Positions 1 to 12,501 of a DNA stretch of 64,000 nt are shown piece after piece. The position numbers were made by a program, and so were the translations under genes. The stretch covers positions 1,147,250 to 1,211,249 of the forward strand of contig NW_003314298.1 of the NCBI RefSeq assembly GCF_000143415.4, in the 5' to 3' direction. The notes under the pieces are model-generated. The model did not search any database, was not told the DNA's origin, and worked only from the letters and a program-made list of their open reading frames with translations. Position 1 is the first letter of the stretch. Every line of letters starts with the position of its first letter. The stretch is from Selaginella moellendorffii (lineage: Eukaryota > Plantae > Lycopodiophyta).

Positions 1-628
1 AGCTGGAGTTTTCCCATTATGATTTCAAACAGAAAGGACATATCTCTGCTCGCGATTTTGCGTTGTCCCTAGTTTCTGCGGCCAATTTGTCCAAGATAAA
101 TCAGTATTTGGACCTTGCGGACGCTATTGACGACGATCCCAAGTTTAAATCCTTGCGTATCACTTACGAGGTTCGTTTAAACAAAGGTTTAATTGTTAGC
201 ACGGGCTGATTTCAAGATCTGCAGGAGTTCCGGTGTTTCGCCCAACTTCGAAAGAAACTTCCCACTTTAGCCTTGGCAATTTCGAGCTTTGGAAAGACGT
301 CAGGCTTATTGACGAAGTCGGATTTTCAACGAGCGGCAGCGCAGGTGGTGCATCATTGAATACATTTAACTGTTTTAGTTCTATCGTTTTTCTGCTGATT
401 GCTCAGGTCTGCAGTGTGCCCCTGACTGATGCTGTGATAGACGTCGTGTTTTATATTTTTGATCTGAACCGAGACGGGAATCTGAGCATGGAAGAATTTC
501 TAGGTGCTCTGCAGAGGCGAGAGGGAGATACTGGACATCCAGCGGAGGCAGGCATTGTCCAGGTTTTGAAATGTTGGTGGAACTGTGCGCGTAACTGTCG
601 GAACGAGAAACAGTGGATGTCGGTTTGA
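1..628 (+). CDS. MICU: Mitochondrial calcium uptake protein (MICU-like, EF-hand), 3' part; exons <1-170, 225-344, 407-628
   Basis: Spliced translation LEFSHYDFKQKGHISARDFALSLV...EFRCFAQLRKKL...DFQRAAAQ/VCSVPLTDAVIDVVFYIFDLNRDGNLSMEEFL matches the plant MICU C-terminus with an EF-hand loop. GT-AG introns at 171-224 and 345-406. Confidence 0.88.
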
Positions 629-822
629 TAGAATCTGTTACAACATGAAACGCAGGTACGACTGACTTTAAAGCGTCCTCCACAACACAGATATTTTTCT
701 ATAATGGCTAACAGATTATTTACAGAGTGGATCTATAAGGACCTGGAATCCGGTAAAGTGCTTTTGTAAATTTTTACTATAAGAAAACTAATGACCAACC
801 TTTCTATGCAGCAGAATACGGT

Positions 823-2184
823 TCATATAGTGGGTTTTCCAGATTTCAGGATCCAGCTGAACTGGCTTGCACTTGCCGCACTGTGAAGCGGCTTGGCTTT
901 CTTCTGAGCTCTCTGTTCCAGCTTTCGGAAACGCTGGACCAGGCCGCAGACGTAGTCCTGAGCTTGTTGAGCTTCACTGGAAAGGCCTGTCAGGCTCTCA
1001 ACTTTCCAGGTCTGAATCAAGTGCTCCATAATGTCGGTGTAATCCTTGGACGTGTACACCTTGCAGTCTTGAGCGATCACGGCATAATCTCGGAACAAGT
1101 TGGTGTTTTCTCCATCAGTCATCAGGTGTGCCGGCATTGTTATCTTCTTCTTCATCATCTCCTGGAATGCCAGCATTACCCCGTTCGGATCGATCTCAAA
1201 CAGCCTTCCGACGATTCTGGTGTATGCTATCTCGTGCCTCTTCTCGTCTGACGCTATTATTCCACAGACAGTTGCCAGCTTGAGATCACCGTATTCTTTT
1301 GCGTGGCGTGCCGTGTTCCCATGAGAGATAAATGTCGCTCTTTCTTGGAAGGAGGTGTAGATGAAACCATTGTAAGGATCATTGTCGATCTGAGGTTCCT
1401 GCAAAGGTTTTTCTCGAAATTAGACTAATGCTTCAAAGCATTTTGCAGGCTGCTGCTCTTACCATGCCGGAGCCGATCAAGTACTGGGTGGTACGTTCGA
1501 CCATTGTCATGTTGACTCTTCCTGACAAATACAGATATTTGTTGAGCAGCTCTCCATGCCTGTTCTCCTCGGCTGTCCAGGCCCTGATCCAAACTGCCCA
1601 CGGGGTGTCACTACAGCCCGACTCGTCTCTCACGCCTTTGAAGGTGTTGAACATCGTCTGATAAGTCGGAAGAGCTTCCTCTGTGATCATGTCGCCGATG
1701 AGACACACCAAGTGATCGTCAGGGAGACTGGAAACTCTCTTTTGGAGCTCCAAGACCTCATCGTAGAATGTGGGTGAGGAAGAGTCGGGAAGAAAGTCTT
1801 GGGGCTGCCAGCATTTCTCGACAGGCTTGAGAAGAGGGAGGAGACTTTTGACGGCCCAGTCACTCATGGAGTCGATGACTTCCACTCTGTCCCGCATAGT
1901 CGTCTCCGGATCACGTAAGTTGGAACTCTGCCTTGGCCTGCTGCTTACGAACACCGGTTCCGGCTTCTTGATACTGATTTCTAGCGTGGAATTTCTACAG
2001 GCAAACATCTTGTCAAAAGAAAGACAAAGCAGCGCGATACGACAAACCTTGGCGCTGTCGGGGCGGCAGTTGCTTCCATTCTGATCCGGCTTGCTGCTCG
2101 GGTACTTCGGAGCAGCTGCAAGTTCGGGCATTGGAAGTCTTTGCTGGAGAGATGATGCGGCATCGGCATTGTCTTGGAACTCAT
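823..2184 (-). CDS. SAD: Plastid acyl-ACP (stearoyl-ACP type) desaturase; exons 2184-2048, 1994-1463, 1398-823
   Basis: Di-iron motifs [35 protein letters not shown]. Transit-peptide-like N-terminus. GT-AG introns 1995-2047 and 1399-1462 keep the frame. Confidence 0.95.
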
Positions 2185-3393
2185 CGTTTGGAGATCAGCA
2201 AAAGCAGGAGCGATTCATTGAACGAGTAAGTGACCGAAACGCTGCTCTTTCTCCTCTCTCTTGCACGCTTTCTAAATACATTCTATTTCACAGGGCAGGG
2301 GCAAACTTTGAATGCTTGAGCACGAATCGAGAAGGGAGGATTTACTTTACTTTCTACTACCGCCGCATGAATGAAGGAAGGAAGGAAAGGAAGAATAGGG
2401 GGGAACGGACAGACATGCATTCCGGGGAGTCAGAGCGCCATTGCTCCACCGTTCACCTAACTCAAAGAACACATTGATTTGGCAGACGCACAATAGGAGG
2501 AGGAGCGGGTGGTAGCAGCTATTGCGAGAAGGAAAAATAAAGCAAAGGCGCGCACTCTTTCGACATTGAGATATGCTTCCTAATACTTGGAGCCGGGGCG
2601 ACGGAACAAAGAGATCATCAATTCTGTTAGGTGGAGACGTCTTGAATGAGCGAGAGGAACATTCATGAGACAACTTTGGAGACCAAGCGATTACAGGTAA
2701 GAACTTTCTTTCCTTTGCTTGCTGTGTGATGGTTTGGTTTCTTCAATCTTCCGTGTTATGAGTGAGTCTTGTGTTTGATAGTTTCTGACCCCTTGGAGGT
2801 GTCTGCACCGCAGGGAAAGGAGGAAAAAAGAGGAGGAGGCGAGCGAGGAGGAGGTGAAAGGGAAATTATCACCAACTTTCCCTGGCGTTTGCAGATAAAG
2901 CATGTGAAAGCGTCGGTATTCAATCACAAGTACCGTGCTAGCTCCAGCTGCTGCTGCCGCCAGAGCTCGAAACACAACTTTAAGGTTTTTATTTTTCTCT
3001 TGTTTGTCCTGACCAGATTTTCATGTTCCAGCCGCGTGAGATTCTATCGGGTAAAGAAATCTAGATTTGTCAAACCTTTCCTCCTAAGTACAGCCTGGCC
3101 CTTTGTTGTCTGCACTGTGCAGATTCTGGAGACGAAGTCTTTGAAAGAACAAAGAGAATCTGTGCGTGACGACGGGACTACACTTCCTCGACTAGACTCG
3201 TGTTTTGTTAATCGCGGGGGGAAACATCAGCGACAAACACAGAGGAGTGAAAAGAAAAGAATGGAGTCATTCACCATTGATATCAATGAGGTATGCCCAC
3301 CATGTCAACAACCACTGTCCCGAGATATTGAAGGAACCAAACTCATAAAACTTGTGCTGCCAGAGAAGATCCCCGCCACTTTTCAAGTTATGG

Positions 3394-3418
3394 TACACAC
3401 ACACACACACACACACAC
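3394..3418. repeat. (AC)n microsatellite
   Basis: Direct reading of an acac... run. Confidence 0.9.
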
Positions 3419-3571
3419 GGATGGATATCGATCCAGCGCGTCTCTTCTGTAAATATTGCTCTTCTTTCTCTCTTCCAGCTTGCTTGCTTGTTGACGTTTA
3501 ACTTGAAAACAAGTTGTTCCTCCGTTGCGAAGAAAAGGAGCTATGGTACCACGTAGTTGTCTTCTACAAAG

Positions 3572-6500
3572 TTAATGTAGCTGGAGGGACTGCGAGCCGA
3601 GAAGCATCTCTTCCAACTCTTTAAAGCCTCTGGACACGGGCTCAACCGCGGCCGGAGAGAGCGGTAGCCTCTTGACTTCCGTCATGTACCTGTGGAGCCA
3701 AGAAAGAAGTAAGTTCGCGAAATCCTATCTAAAGCTTGATGAACGCAGCACCTGTTCACTGTGCTACACAGGCGGTCCCGGACGCCAGATGAATCGTCAG
3801 AGCCGGAGAAGCTGCCGCCAATGGATCCAATGCGCTGGGCCAGCACCAGGATTGTCCACTCGCGCATCACGGCGAGCGCCGAGCGGAGGAGCCGCAGCCG
3901 CAGCGCTGTACTTGGCAGCACCGAAGTACTACTGAGAAGCTGGTCATAAGTTCGTTGTACTGGCTCTGGGGAGTCGTGACAGGCGGCCAGTAATGCTCGT
4001 GGAATGTCCTCGTCTCCAACGATTTCCAAGCTGGATGATACTCTCTCCTGGGAGGAAAGATCGTGACGCAAAACGATGAAGAAAGAAAGGAGGGATCTAC
4101 CTCGGCTGCTCGCTCTAAATGGAGGCAGATAGAATCCAGTGGCATGCTACCGCCGTCGCCGGGATAGAGCTGGGGGCCAACTCTCTTCACCACCGTGCAG
4201 GCCTCGGCTATGCCTTTAATCGTGATGGCTTGGTCTATCAACCTCGCCCACGTCTCGCGCATGACATTGTTCTCAGCGTCGCTCGTGTAGTGTGAGAAGT
4301 GGAGGATTTCCAAGCACACCTGCAAGACGAAAGCGAAAGGTTTTTTTTTTTGCTCGTCAGAAAGGAGTAAAAGAAGATGTGAGAGTTGGAGGAAAAAAGA
4401 AATGGAAAGAAAGAAAGAACTCGCCTCCCAAAGCTTGAAAGGAACCGCGTAATTGTTGTAGAGCTGTGTGATGCTCTTAAGTTCGGCACCCAGCTCCAGC
4501 GCTTTCTCCCTGGCGGCACGGAGGAAGGCCTCGTCGTCCGCAAAGCCCTCCGGCGGGAACGCGTCCATCGCCATCTGAGAAGAAATGGCCTCGAGCTCGG
4601 CCTGTATCTTAAGCTGGAACCGCAACACCGCGAGCTTGCCCTCCAGGAGCTCCAGCAGGCCGCTCTCTCCGACCTCCGCGTTGGATCCCAGAGCTCCGTG
4701 GCGGATGCTTCTGGCTTGTACCACGGCATGGCTGAGGTACTCGTGCCTGGAGAAACAAAAAACACTCGAGCCTAGTAAACAACGAGCCTCGAAAGAAATA
4801 TTGCACGGTACCTGGCTTCCAGCGTGAGCTGCTCACCGCCTTCGCCACCCTTTCGCTCGCCGAGGCGCAAGAGAACGTAAGCCGCGAGCGCATGCTGTCT
4901 CTTGTGCACGTAATATCTCGAGAGGAGCTCCAGGTACTTGGCTTGGTGTGTAGTGATGGGCTTCATCAGATGGATCACGGAAGGTGGCGACGTTATTCCT
5001 CGGGGGCTCTTCGCAGGCTGGTAAAAGAGAAAACAAAACGTTGTTAGCATCAGAGGAAGAAAAGCTGCAAGCACAACTTACCTTTGCAGTTTGGAAATCA
5101 CCAGCGGCTTGTAGAAATGGAACCAGGTCCGGTCCGGCTAGCTCGAGGAGCTCCTTCTCCAGCCCCAGCTCTATCATCGACTCGTACAAGTACTCGTGAA
5201 AAGCCCGGTCTGGTGAGCGTACGCCCAGCTGAACGATCTGTCTAACGTAGCGCATCCTTGCATTTGCATCCAGCGGGCCCATCTTTGATGCGTTCCCGTT
5301 GAGTGCGGTTTGCGGCACCAGTGAACGAAGCGCATTTGTTATCACTTCGTAGCATTGCTGTCTGGATGCGAGCGCCATCTTTCGCCGGTTCTCGTCGATA
5401 TGCGCATTAAAAGCATCCTCGTTAGGATCTAAAGCTTTAGCCTTCCGGAGGGGAAGCTCGACAACTGCCTCGTAAAATCTGCAACAAACTTCCAGCTTGT
5501 GAATCGACCAGCCTGACTGGAGACTGTTTGTTACCTTATCTCTTCAAAACGCGGGCATACGCTCAGCAAATTTGCGGTTTCAGGAACCCTGGCCAGCAAG
5601 TCAAGTGCCTCTCTGGCCAAATGCTCACGGACTTCTACATCTCTAGCGTTTGCTGCCTTCTCCAAACACTGGACGGCTTGATAGAACTTATCATCGGCCT
5701 CGTTGTAGTAGCTCGGGCATCCATCGCGTAGCTTCGTACTTATGTCGTCAACCGTCCCTTTTCCCTCGGGAGATACATAGTACTATACATTCAAATAGAA
5801 AAACTGATGAAGGAACAACACTTAGAAACATAACGATCAAACGTACCTCCATAAGAGCACCAATAAGTCGCGTAGCTACGTATTCCCCTTCCTGAGAACA
5901 GACAAGCTGATGAAATGAAAGCTGCGCGAGCTGACGGCAGACTTCGGATTCCAGACTTTGCACTAATCTCGTCAAGTGATGCTGAGATAAAAGCTGCAGT
6001 AGAAACAGAGCTTCCGCAGATCTCCGGAGCAACCTTCTGACGCATTCCATCCCTCGCACCTACAGAGATTGTACATATCAGCCGACGTTCAAACACTGCA
6101 AAATCGTGTCCAACCTCCATGGCAGTAAGCTCAGCAGGACTATAAGCAACGCGTTGTCTCTTGGCACCAGCTTGAAGTCCACCTCCGGACCTCGCATAAG
6201 GCGTGTCGTATTGAAGCTTGTGTCCAGCTTCACTTCTGCTTATACCATTTCGATCTCCGTAGCCTGACAAATCGCCAATTCCCATGATCCGACCATAGTG
6301 ACCGCGGCGTTGGTTCCTTCGAGCTCTGAGAAACATTTCCAGGGATCTGATCTTGTCCTCCAACGTATTCATTGCGTCCGGAGATATCCGACAAGAGATT
6401 ATTCCACCTGTGTCCGTCACCATGTCGTTTCCAGAGTCACCTTTGGCTATAAATACTGGTAGCTCCCACACGGACCAGAGAAGCCTCGAAGCACACAAAC

Positions 6501-8786
6501 AGAGGCCTTCGTGTGCACCTGAGAAAACAGGCTCGGCTTCTTGCACCACCTGTCCCATATTAAATCCACCACCTGTATTAACTGGTGTCGTCGTTGCAGC
6601 CCCTCCTTGCATTTGCGGCACTCCCACCAGCCTTGGATCTTCAAACGCCTCGGCAGCCTTCTCAACCACCGCTGTTGATATCATCTTCTCATCATAAGAA
6701 ACAATGCGAGCTGCCAGCAGTAGACACATTGCCGCAGCTTCGCCAGCTCCAAAGCGCTGAAAGAACTCTTCCAGAATCGCTCTCGTGGTGTTCGATTCGA
6801 ATAACCGCTGCAGCAAGTCCACTGGCCGGTTCATGACAATCTCCGTCAAGCCCCGCGTACTGGCGATCACTGCTCTCCGTCTAGGAAGAATATGTTGCGT
6901 CGCAAGATCTCCTAAAGCCCACAGCGCTCTTGCTCTACTTACTTCTCCCACAGCACCAGAGCCAAGGGTGCTGGAGTCCCATACCAATGCTTCAGCAATC
7001 ACCGCCTGCTCCGGAGGTGGCAACATATCGACGATCGCATAAGTATGCTCGTCTGCTCCAAAAGTTGTCACAACTTCTCTCAAAGCACGCATGTTTCTTC
7101 CACTCGCACCCATCCCTCCATATGGCGAACTCGCACCAGGAATCAACGGAGAAGTGTAGTCTTTGCGCGCCACAAGCAACCGTGGAGAGGGTGACGAATC
7201 GGCCAGCAAGAAGTTTCCGCTTGAGTATTGAGCTTCTTGAACTTTCAGTCCGTCACCCTGTGGCCTGGTACCGATAAGAACGTTGCCTAATGAAATTCCT
7301 CCACCAACACCAACCGAAGGACCTGGCCTTGCGGACACTATTCTGAGTAGCGAAGGACGATCCATCGCAATCGTTCCACCAGCAGCCTGGCTTCCGCCCA
7401 TGGTCGGAGTTGTCGACAGGTATACTCTGCGTCCATCTGAAACTATAGCCACCAGATGCAGCCACTTGGATTCCATACTCGAGAGAGGAGCCAGAGAAAC
7501 CACCGTTGCCTTTGGAGCCCGACTGGTGCCACGCGAACCTGTGTTACGTATGCTACCGTGACGACCGTCTCGCTGATCCCCAAAGTTTTTTTCTTCGCCT
7601 ACTTTCTTCGGGGCAGTATCTCCGTTTCTCCCGAGATCAAAAGCTTGGACCTTGGACTCCTGTGTGCGTGCGTACATGATGTTTCTTTCATCGTCAACGG
7701 CAATTTCCAAAATCGAATCTGCCGCTCCAAACTTGAGGCCGTTCGGTATAATCCACCTGAAATAAATTACATGTAAGAAAAACTTCAAAGAAAGTGATGA
7801 ACATGTGTACCTTGAAAGCATACTGCCAAAGCCACCTGTATGGCAAATCTTACGGCAGCGACTCTGCCATCCTAGCCCTGTCGTGTAGAGCAGCTCGTAG
7901 ATATGCCCATCACGGCCACCGAGAAAAATACGTCCCTTCTCCGTGGAAATTACACACGTCATGGTGACACCATCAGTCGGTACCGTGTACTCTGGTAATG
8001 GTTGTAAGGAAAGCTCGGAAAAAGCATCACTGCCGTCGCTGCTAGCACCGCAGCAGACGCCTAGAAGCACAAGCTTGTATAGCGTCAAAAGCGGGAATTC
8101 AAAGAATCAGTCCAGGAAGAATAGTTGGAGTGACAAAATACCTCGACAGGAGTTGCAAGCACTAGGAGGTGCTGAATCGCTTCTACGAAAACTCCAGCCT
8201 TCGCTTTCGCTAAGCCAACAGCACAAATGGCCTGCTCTTCACCGCTATATTCGACACAAGTTCCATCCCTGAAAGAGAAAAAACTTTACCAGGAGTGCCA
8301 ACGAACTAAGCAAGGATCTTACCATTTATCAAAGCGCCACATAAAGAGAGTCTCGTCGACAGTAGCCCAAGCTCGTCTTATGGTGGGAAAAATCCCACAA
8401 AACGCCATCCCTTGGCCAACTCCAGCATTGTAGCACTCCATGACTTGAGGCGGCAGCTCCCTCTTCTTCGAGACATCGATATATGGAGGCCACTACAAAA
8501 TTCACAAAGACCCAACGCCCTTTTAGCCTCCATCCGAGACGAAACAAGATCCAAAATCCCCCCTAGCTACAAAATCGCTACGCTAGAGCGAGCATTCTAC
8601 CGCTAGAGCTATAACACATACCTCCTTCTGTGGACTCGCATAGGGATGGCTCGAATAGCGCCCGGCATCAAGAGCGTCTAGAAGATCTCCCGACGCGTAG
8701 CATCGCAAATCGCGATTGATAGTGTCGCTGAGAAGCCTACCAGCCGCCGCAATGTCCTCCACGACCGCCTCGTCTTCCCAGCTCAT
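3572..8786 (-). CDS. NUP155: Nuclear pore complex protein NUP155 (multi-exon)
   Basis: Starts MSWEDEAVVEDIAAAG...RYSSHPYASPQKE. Internal LSLQPLPEYTVPTDGVTMTC...GRIFLGGRDGHIYELLYTTG, EPVFSGAHEGLCLC, KSITQLYNNYAVPFKLWE match plant NUP155. Last exon ends ...LLGSQSLQLH* at 3572. Confidence 0.95.
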
Positions 8787-8938
8787 TGGAGCTCTCCCGG
8801 CGAGGCGACCCAAACCCTAAACCCTAGGATCTCACCCTAAATTTCACTACCCGTTATACCGTCATCGTCATCATCCTAGTCATCCGCCACGTCCGTATTA
8901 AGAAATTTTAGGGTTTAGGTTTTCTCTCCTCGAGCACC
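8787..8938. promoter_or_regulatory. 152-bp bidirectional promoter between NUP155 and NOT3 with telo-boxes
   Basis: AAACCCTAA at 8812-8820 (overlapped by AAACCCTAG) and TTAGGGTTT at 8908-8916, between divergent ATGs at 8786 and 8939. Confidence 0.7.
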
Positions 8939-11900
8939 ATGGGCGCGACGCGGAAGCTCCAGGGCGAGATCGATAGAGTTCTCAAGAAGGTCCAGGAGGG
9001 CGTGGATGTCTTCGACAGCATCTGGAATAAGGTATGGAAATCTATGGCGTCGCCTCGCCATTGATCGATCGAGAATTTTTTTTTCTTCTCGCAGGTGTAT
9101 GATACCGAGAATGCAAATCAAAAGGAGAAGTTTGAGGCCGATCTCAAGAAGGAAATCAAGAAGCTACAGCGATACAGGGACCAGATTAAGACGTGGATTC
9201 AGTCCAGTGAAATCAAGGACAAGAAGGTGATTAGGCAGTTTCTTCTAGCGATTTTTTTTTCTTCATTCGTTTTGATAGGTAGCAGCGTCTTACGAGCAGG
9301 CGCTGGTGGATGCCCGGAAGCTCATTGAGCGAGAGATGGAACGATTCAAAGTTTGCGAGAAAGAAACGAAAACGAAGGCGTTTTCGAAAGAAGGTCTAGG
9401 CCAGCTTCCGAAAACTGTAAGTGCTGCCATTTTAGATTTCTTTGGTCTGACACGCAACGATTGTCTAGGATCCAAAAGAGAAAGCAAAAGCCGAAACACG
9501 AGAATGGTTAAACAATATGGTTCGTTTTGTTGTGGCATTAAGACATAACACGCTAACTATATGCTAGGTGGATGAGTTGAATTCGGGTATTGATGCGTTT
9601 GAGACAGAGATGGAAGGGCTGGCAGTGAAGAAGGGGAAAACTCGGCCCCCCCGCTTGGTAAGAACGTTTTTTCTCTCTTTTTTCCTTTTTACCTTCTCTC
9701 AAACTTCTTGCTTCCTCAGATTCACTTAGAAGAGTCTACTGCCCGTCACAAAAGTCATGTCATGAAACTAGAACTCATTTTGCGACTTTTGGACAATGAC
9801 GAGCTAAGCCCAGAGCAAGTAAATGACGTCAAAGAGCTTGTGGAAGATTACCTCGAAAGGAATCAGGTGACTTTGCTTTCTCGTTGTTGCCTTGAAACCT
9901 GAATGGTGGCCGCTACAGGAGGATTTTGATGAATTCGCAGATGTGGATGAACTTTATAGTCAGCTTCCTCTTGATAAAATGGAGGCCATGGAAGCTCTGG
10001 ACCTTGCTCCGAATGTGGCTTCAGCACTTGTGGTAAAGGAGAAGGTACTTAGTTATCTACACTGTGTTTCAAACTGTTGTCGTCTGCTCTGTAGGCTGCG
10101 GTTGCTGCCGCCTCCGGAGCTAGCGTGACAAATGGTGCAAGCGTTAAACCATCACTTCCGGTAAAACTAAACTTCCACGTAAACCTTTGGAAACTGTTAT
10201 TTCCATTTCGTGTTTCAGGTTGCTGCCGCTGCGGCAGCTGCAGCAGCTGCTGCCGTTGCTGCTCAAGTTCCTCCACCTTTACAGCCCGTGGATGATATTA
10301 CATTGGAAGACACATCCGCACGAACATCTCCCGTTCCAATCACCGCAAGCTCGCTGTCACCCACAGGATCGGCCTTACTGCAGACTACTGGAAGCGACGT
10401 AACTTCATCTCCAAGCGCTTCTGGTATCACGCAACGGACTGTGGCAACACCTCCTGGTTTGATTCCACGGCCAACAGCCAAAGGTGCGGTCTTGCAATCA
10501 TCACCTGCAAAAGTCAAGGAGGACGAGGTGACGAGCCTTGCCGGGCGACGAGTAGGACCAGGTATTGGAGATGGAGGACTTTCTCGAAGCTTTGGCAGGC
10601 AAACAGCTGTTCCAGCTTCTCCTGTCGCTCAACCTTCCCCAACAGTCTCGAGCAGTCCAACAGTGCCGGAAGCTGCAAAACGGAATATAGCTGACGACAG
10701 AGCCACTTCTGGAGTCGCACCGCAGCTCAGTCCTTTGAGCACGCCGAATAAAGCTCCTTTTGGAGGAAAGGTTGGAGATTCCAGTCCGACAAGTGAGGCT
10801 CCGGGAACCCCAGAAACAGCCATTGGGAATAGACTTGGCCAGTGGAGAGAATCGGTATGTCGTTTGCAAGAAAATATATCGACCACCCGACTCTGTATCT
10901 TTTGTTTTTCCAGAGCCAGTTCCATGGAAGACCAGAGATTGTTCCAGATCAAAAACAAAAGTTCTTACAGAAGTTGCAGCAGGCCAATCAACAGACACAA
11001 CATCTCCCTCCACATCTTACAAGTCCAGTTCAAAAGCAAACGCCCCAACCATCCTCTTTGCTTCATCAGGTAACCAGATACTGGTTTTGGAAAAACTTGC
11101 TCAAGGTATTACTCGCATCAGGCTCTTTTGCAGCAGCAGCAACAACAGCAGCTTTCTCCTCTAAGTACGCAATCTCCTACAACGCCGGTACCTGGACTAT
11201 CAGCACCTGTCTCACAAGCACAGTCTCCCCCCCAGCCTCTGCAGCAGCCGCAAGTAACAGCAGCTTCCAAAGACGCTGGTTTGTTTTCCCTCTCGTCATG
11301 TTTGTTTTCGAAATTAATTGTGTTTTGCAGTGCCCCAACCTGATGCGATTCAAACAAGGACTGTGGAGCAGCAGAGTCCACTTGCAGCTAAACTTGCAGA
11401 CGATAACACGACTGAAGCCAATGTACCATTCCCCAGAAATTTATCTCTGAGCGAAGATGACTTGAAGAATGCAGACACCTTCGACGTTCCAGTAAACTTT
11501 CTGTTCATAGGCTGTTTGGATTGACTATTGTACACTTTGATAGCAGGTTGGTGGCCCAGGAACGCTAGCGGAACTTAGCCAGTTGTCGAGGGATGCAGAT
11601 TTCACGCCAGGGCAACAAGTCCCGTCAACACCAACATCATCAGTACCTGGTGTGATCGGTCGGAAGAGCAACACGGAACTTGGAGCCATAGGAGACAACC
11701 TCTCAGCTGCAAGTAGCAGTATGGCTCACGACAGTGTGTACAATTTGCAGATGCTAGAAGCTGCTTATCGCCACCTTCCGCTTCCAAAAGACTCAGAACG
11801 GCCACGCAACTACACCCCGGTAATATTTGCAGCAAACCCGCATCAGTTCACTTTCATTTTTGTGCAGAGGAACCCAGCTATCACTCCGCCTAGCTATCCT

Positions 11901-12346
11901 CAAGCACCAGCCCAATCCATCATCGACAACCCTGCGCTTTGGGAGAAGTTTGAGGTGGACGTCCTGTTCTATGCATTCTACTATCATCAGGTGTGCTCTC
12001 TTTTACATTCTGTTCTGTACAAATTACCACGGGTTTTGTGTCTTTCAGGGAACGTACCAGCAGTATCTAGCCGCAAGGGAGCTAAAGAAACATTCGTGGA
12101 GATATCACAAGAAGTACAACACATGGTTCCAGCGCCACGAGGAGCCGAAAGTCACAACAGACGAATTCGAGCAAGGCACATACGTTTACTTCGACTTCCA
12201 CATCGTGGATGATATTCAGCAAGGCTGGTAAGTTCGTGCTTGTAAAAATCCGTTTTTTCTTGACATTCTTGGTGGCTCGCAGGGTCCAGAGAATCAAGAC
12301 CGAGTTTACATTCGAATACAGCTTCCTCGAAGACGAGCTGGTGTAA
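8939..12346 (+). CDS. NOT3: CCR4-NOT complex subunit NOT3 (multi-exon)
   Basis: N-terminus [66 protein letters not shown]-terminal NOT box [43 protein letters not shown]...[13 protein letters not shown]. Confidence 0.96.
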
Positions 12347-12501
12347 AGTTTTATGTTTAATTTCACGCTAACTCCATGGCGCTCTAGGGTTCTTACGTTT
12401 ACACAGGAATGCTTCGCACAGGCTCTGGCTGCACAGACTAAAGGTAAGTGCTTTCTCAAAATTCGTTTTTGGTTATCTCTCATGGTGATTTTCAGGGACT
12501 C

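Noticed and set aside
2769-3452. 227-aa plus-strand ORF between the desaturase and NUP155
   Set aside because: Non-ATG start, runs through a microsatellite, no motif; probably intergenic/UTR sequence.
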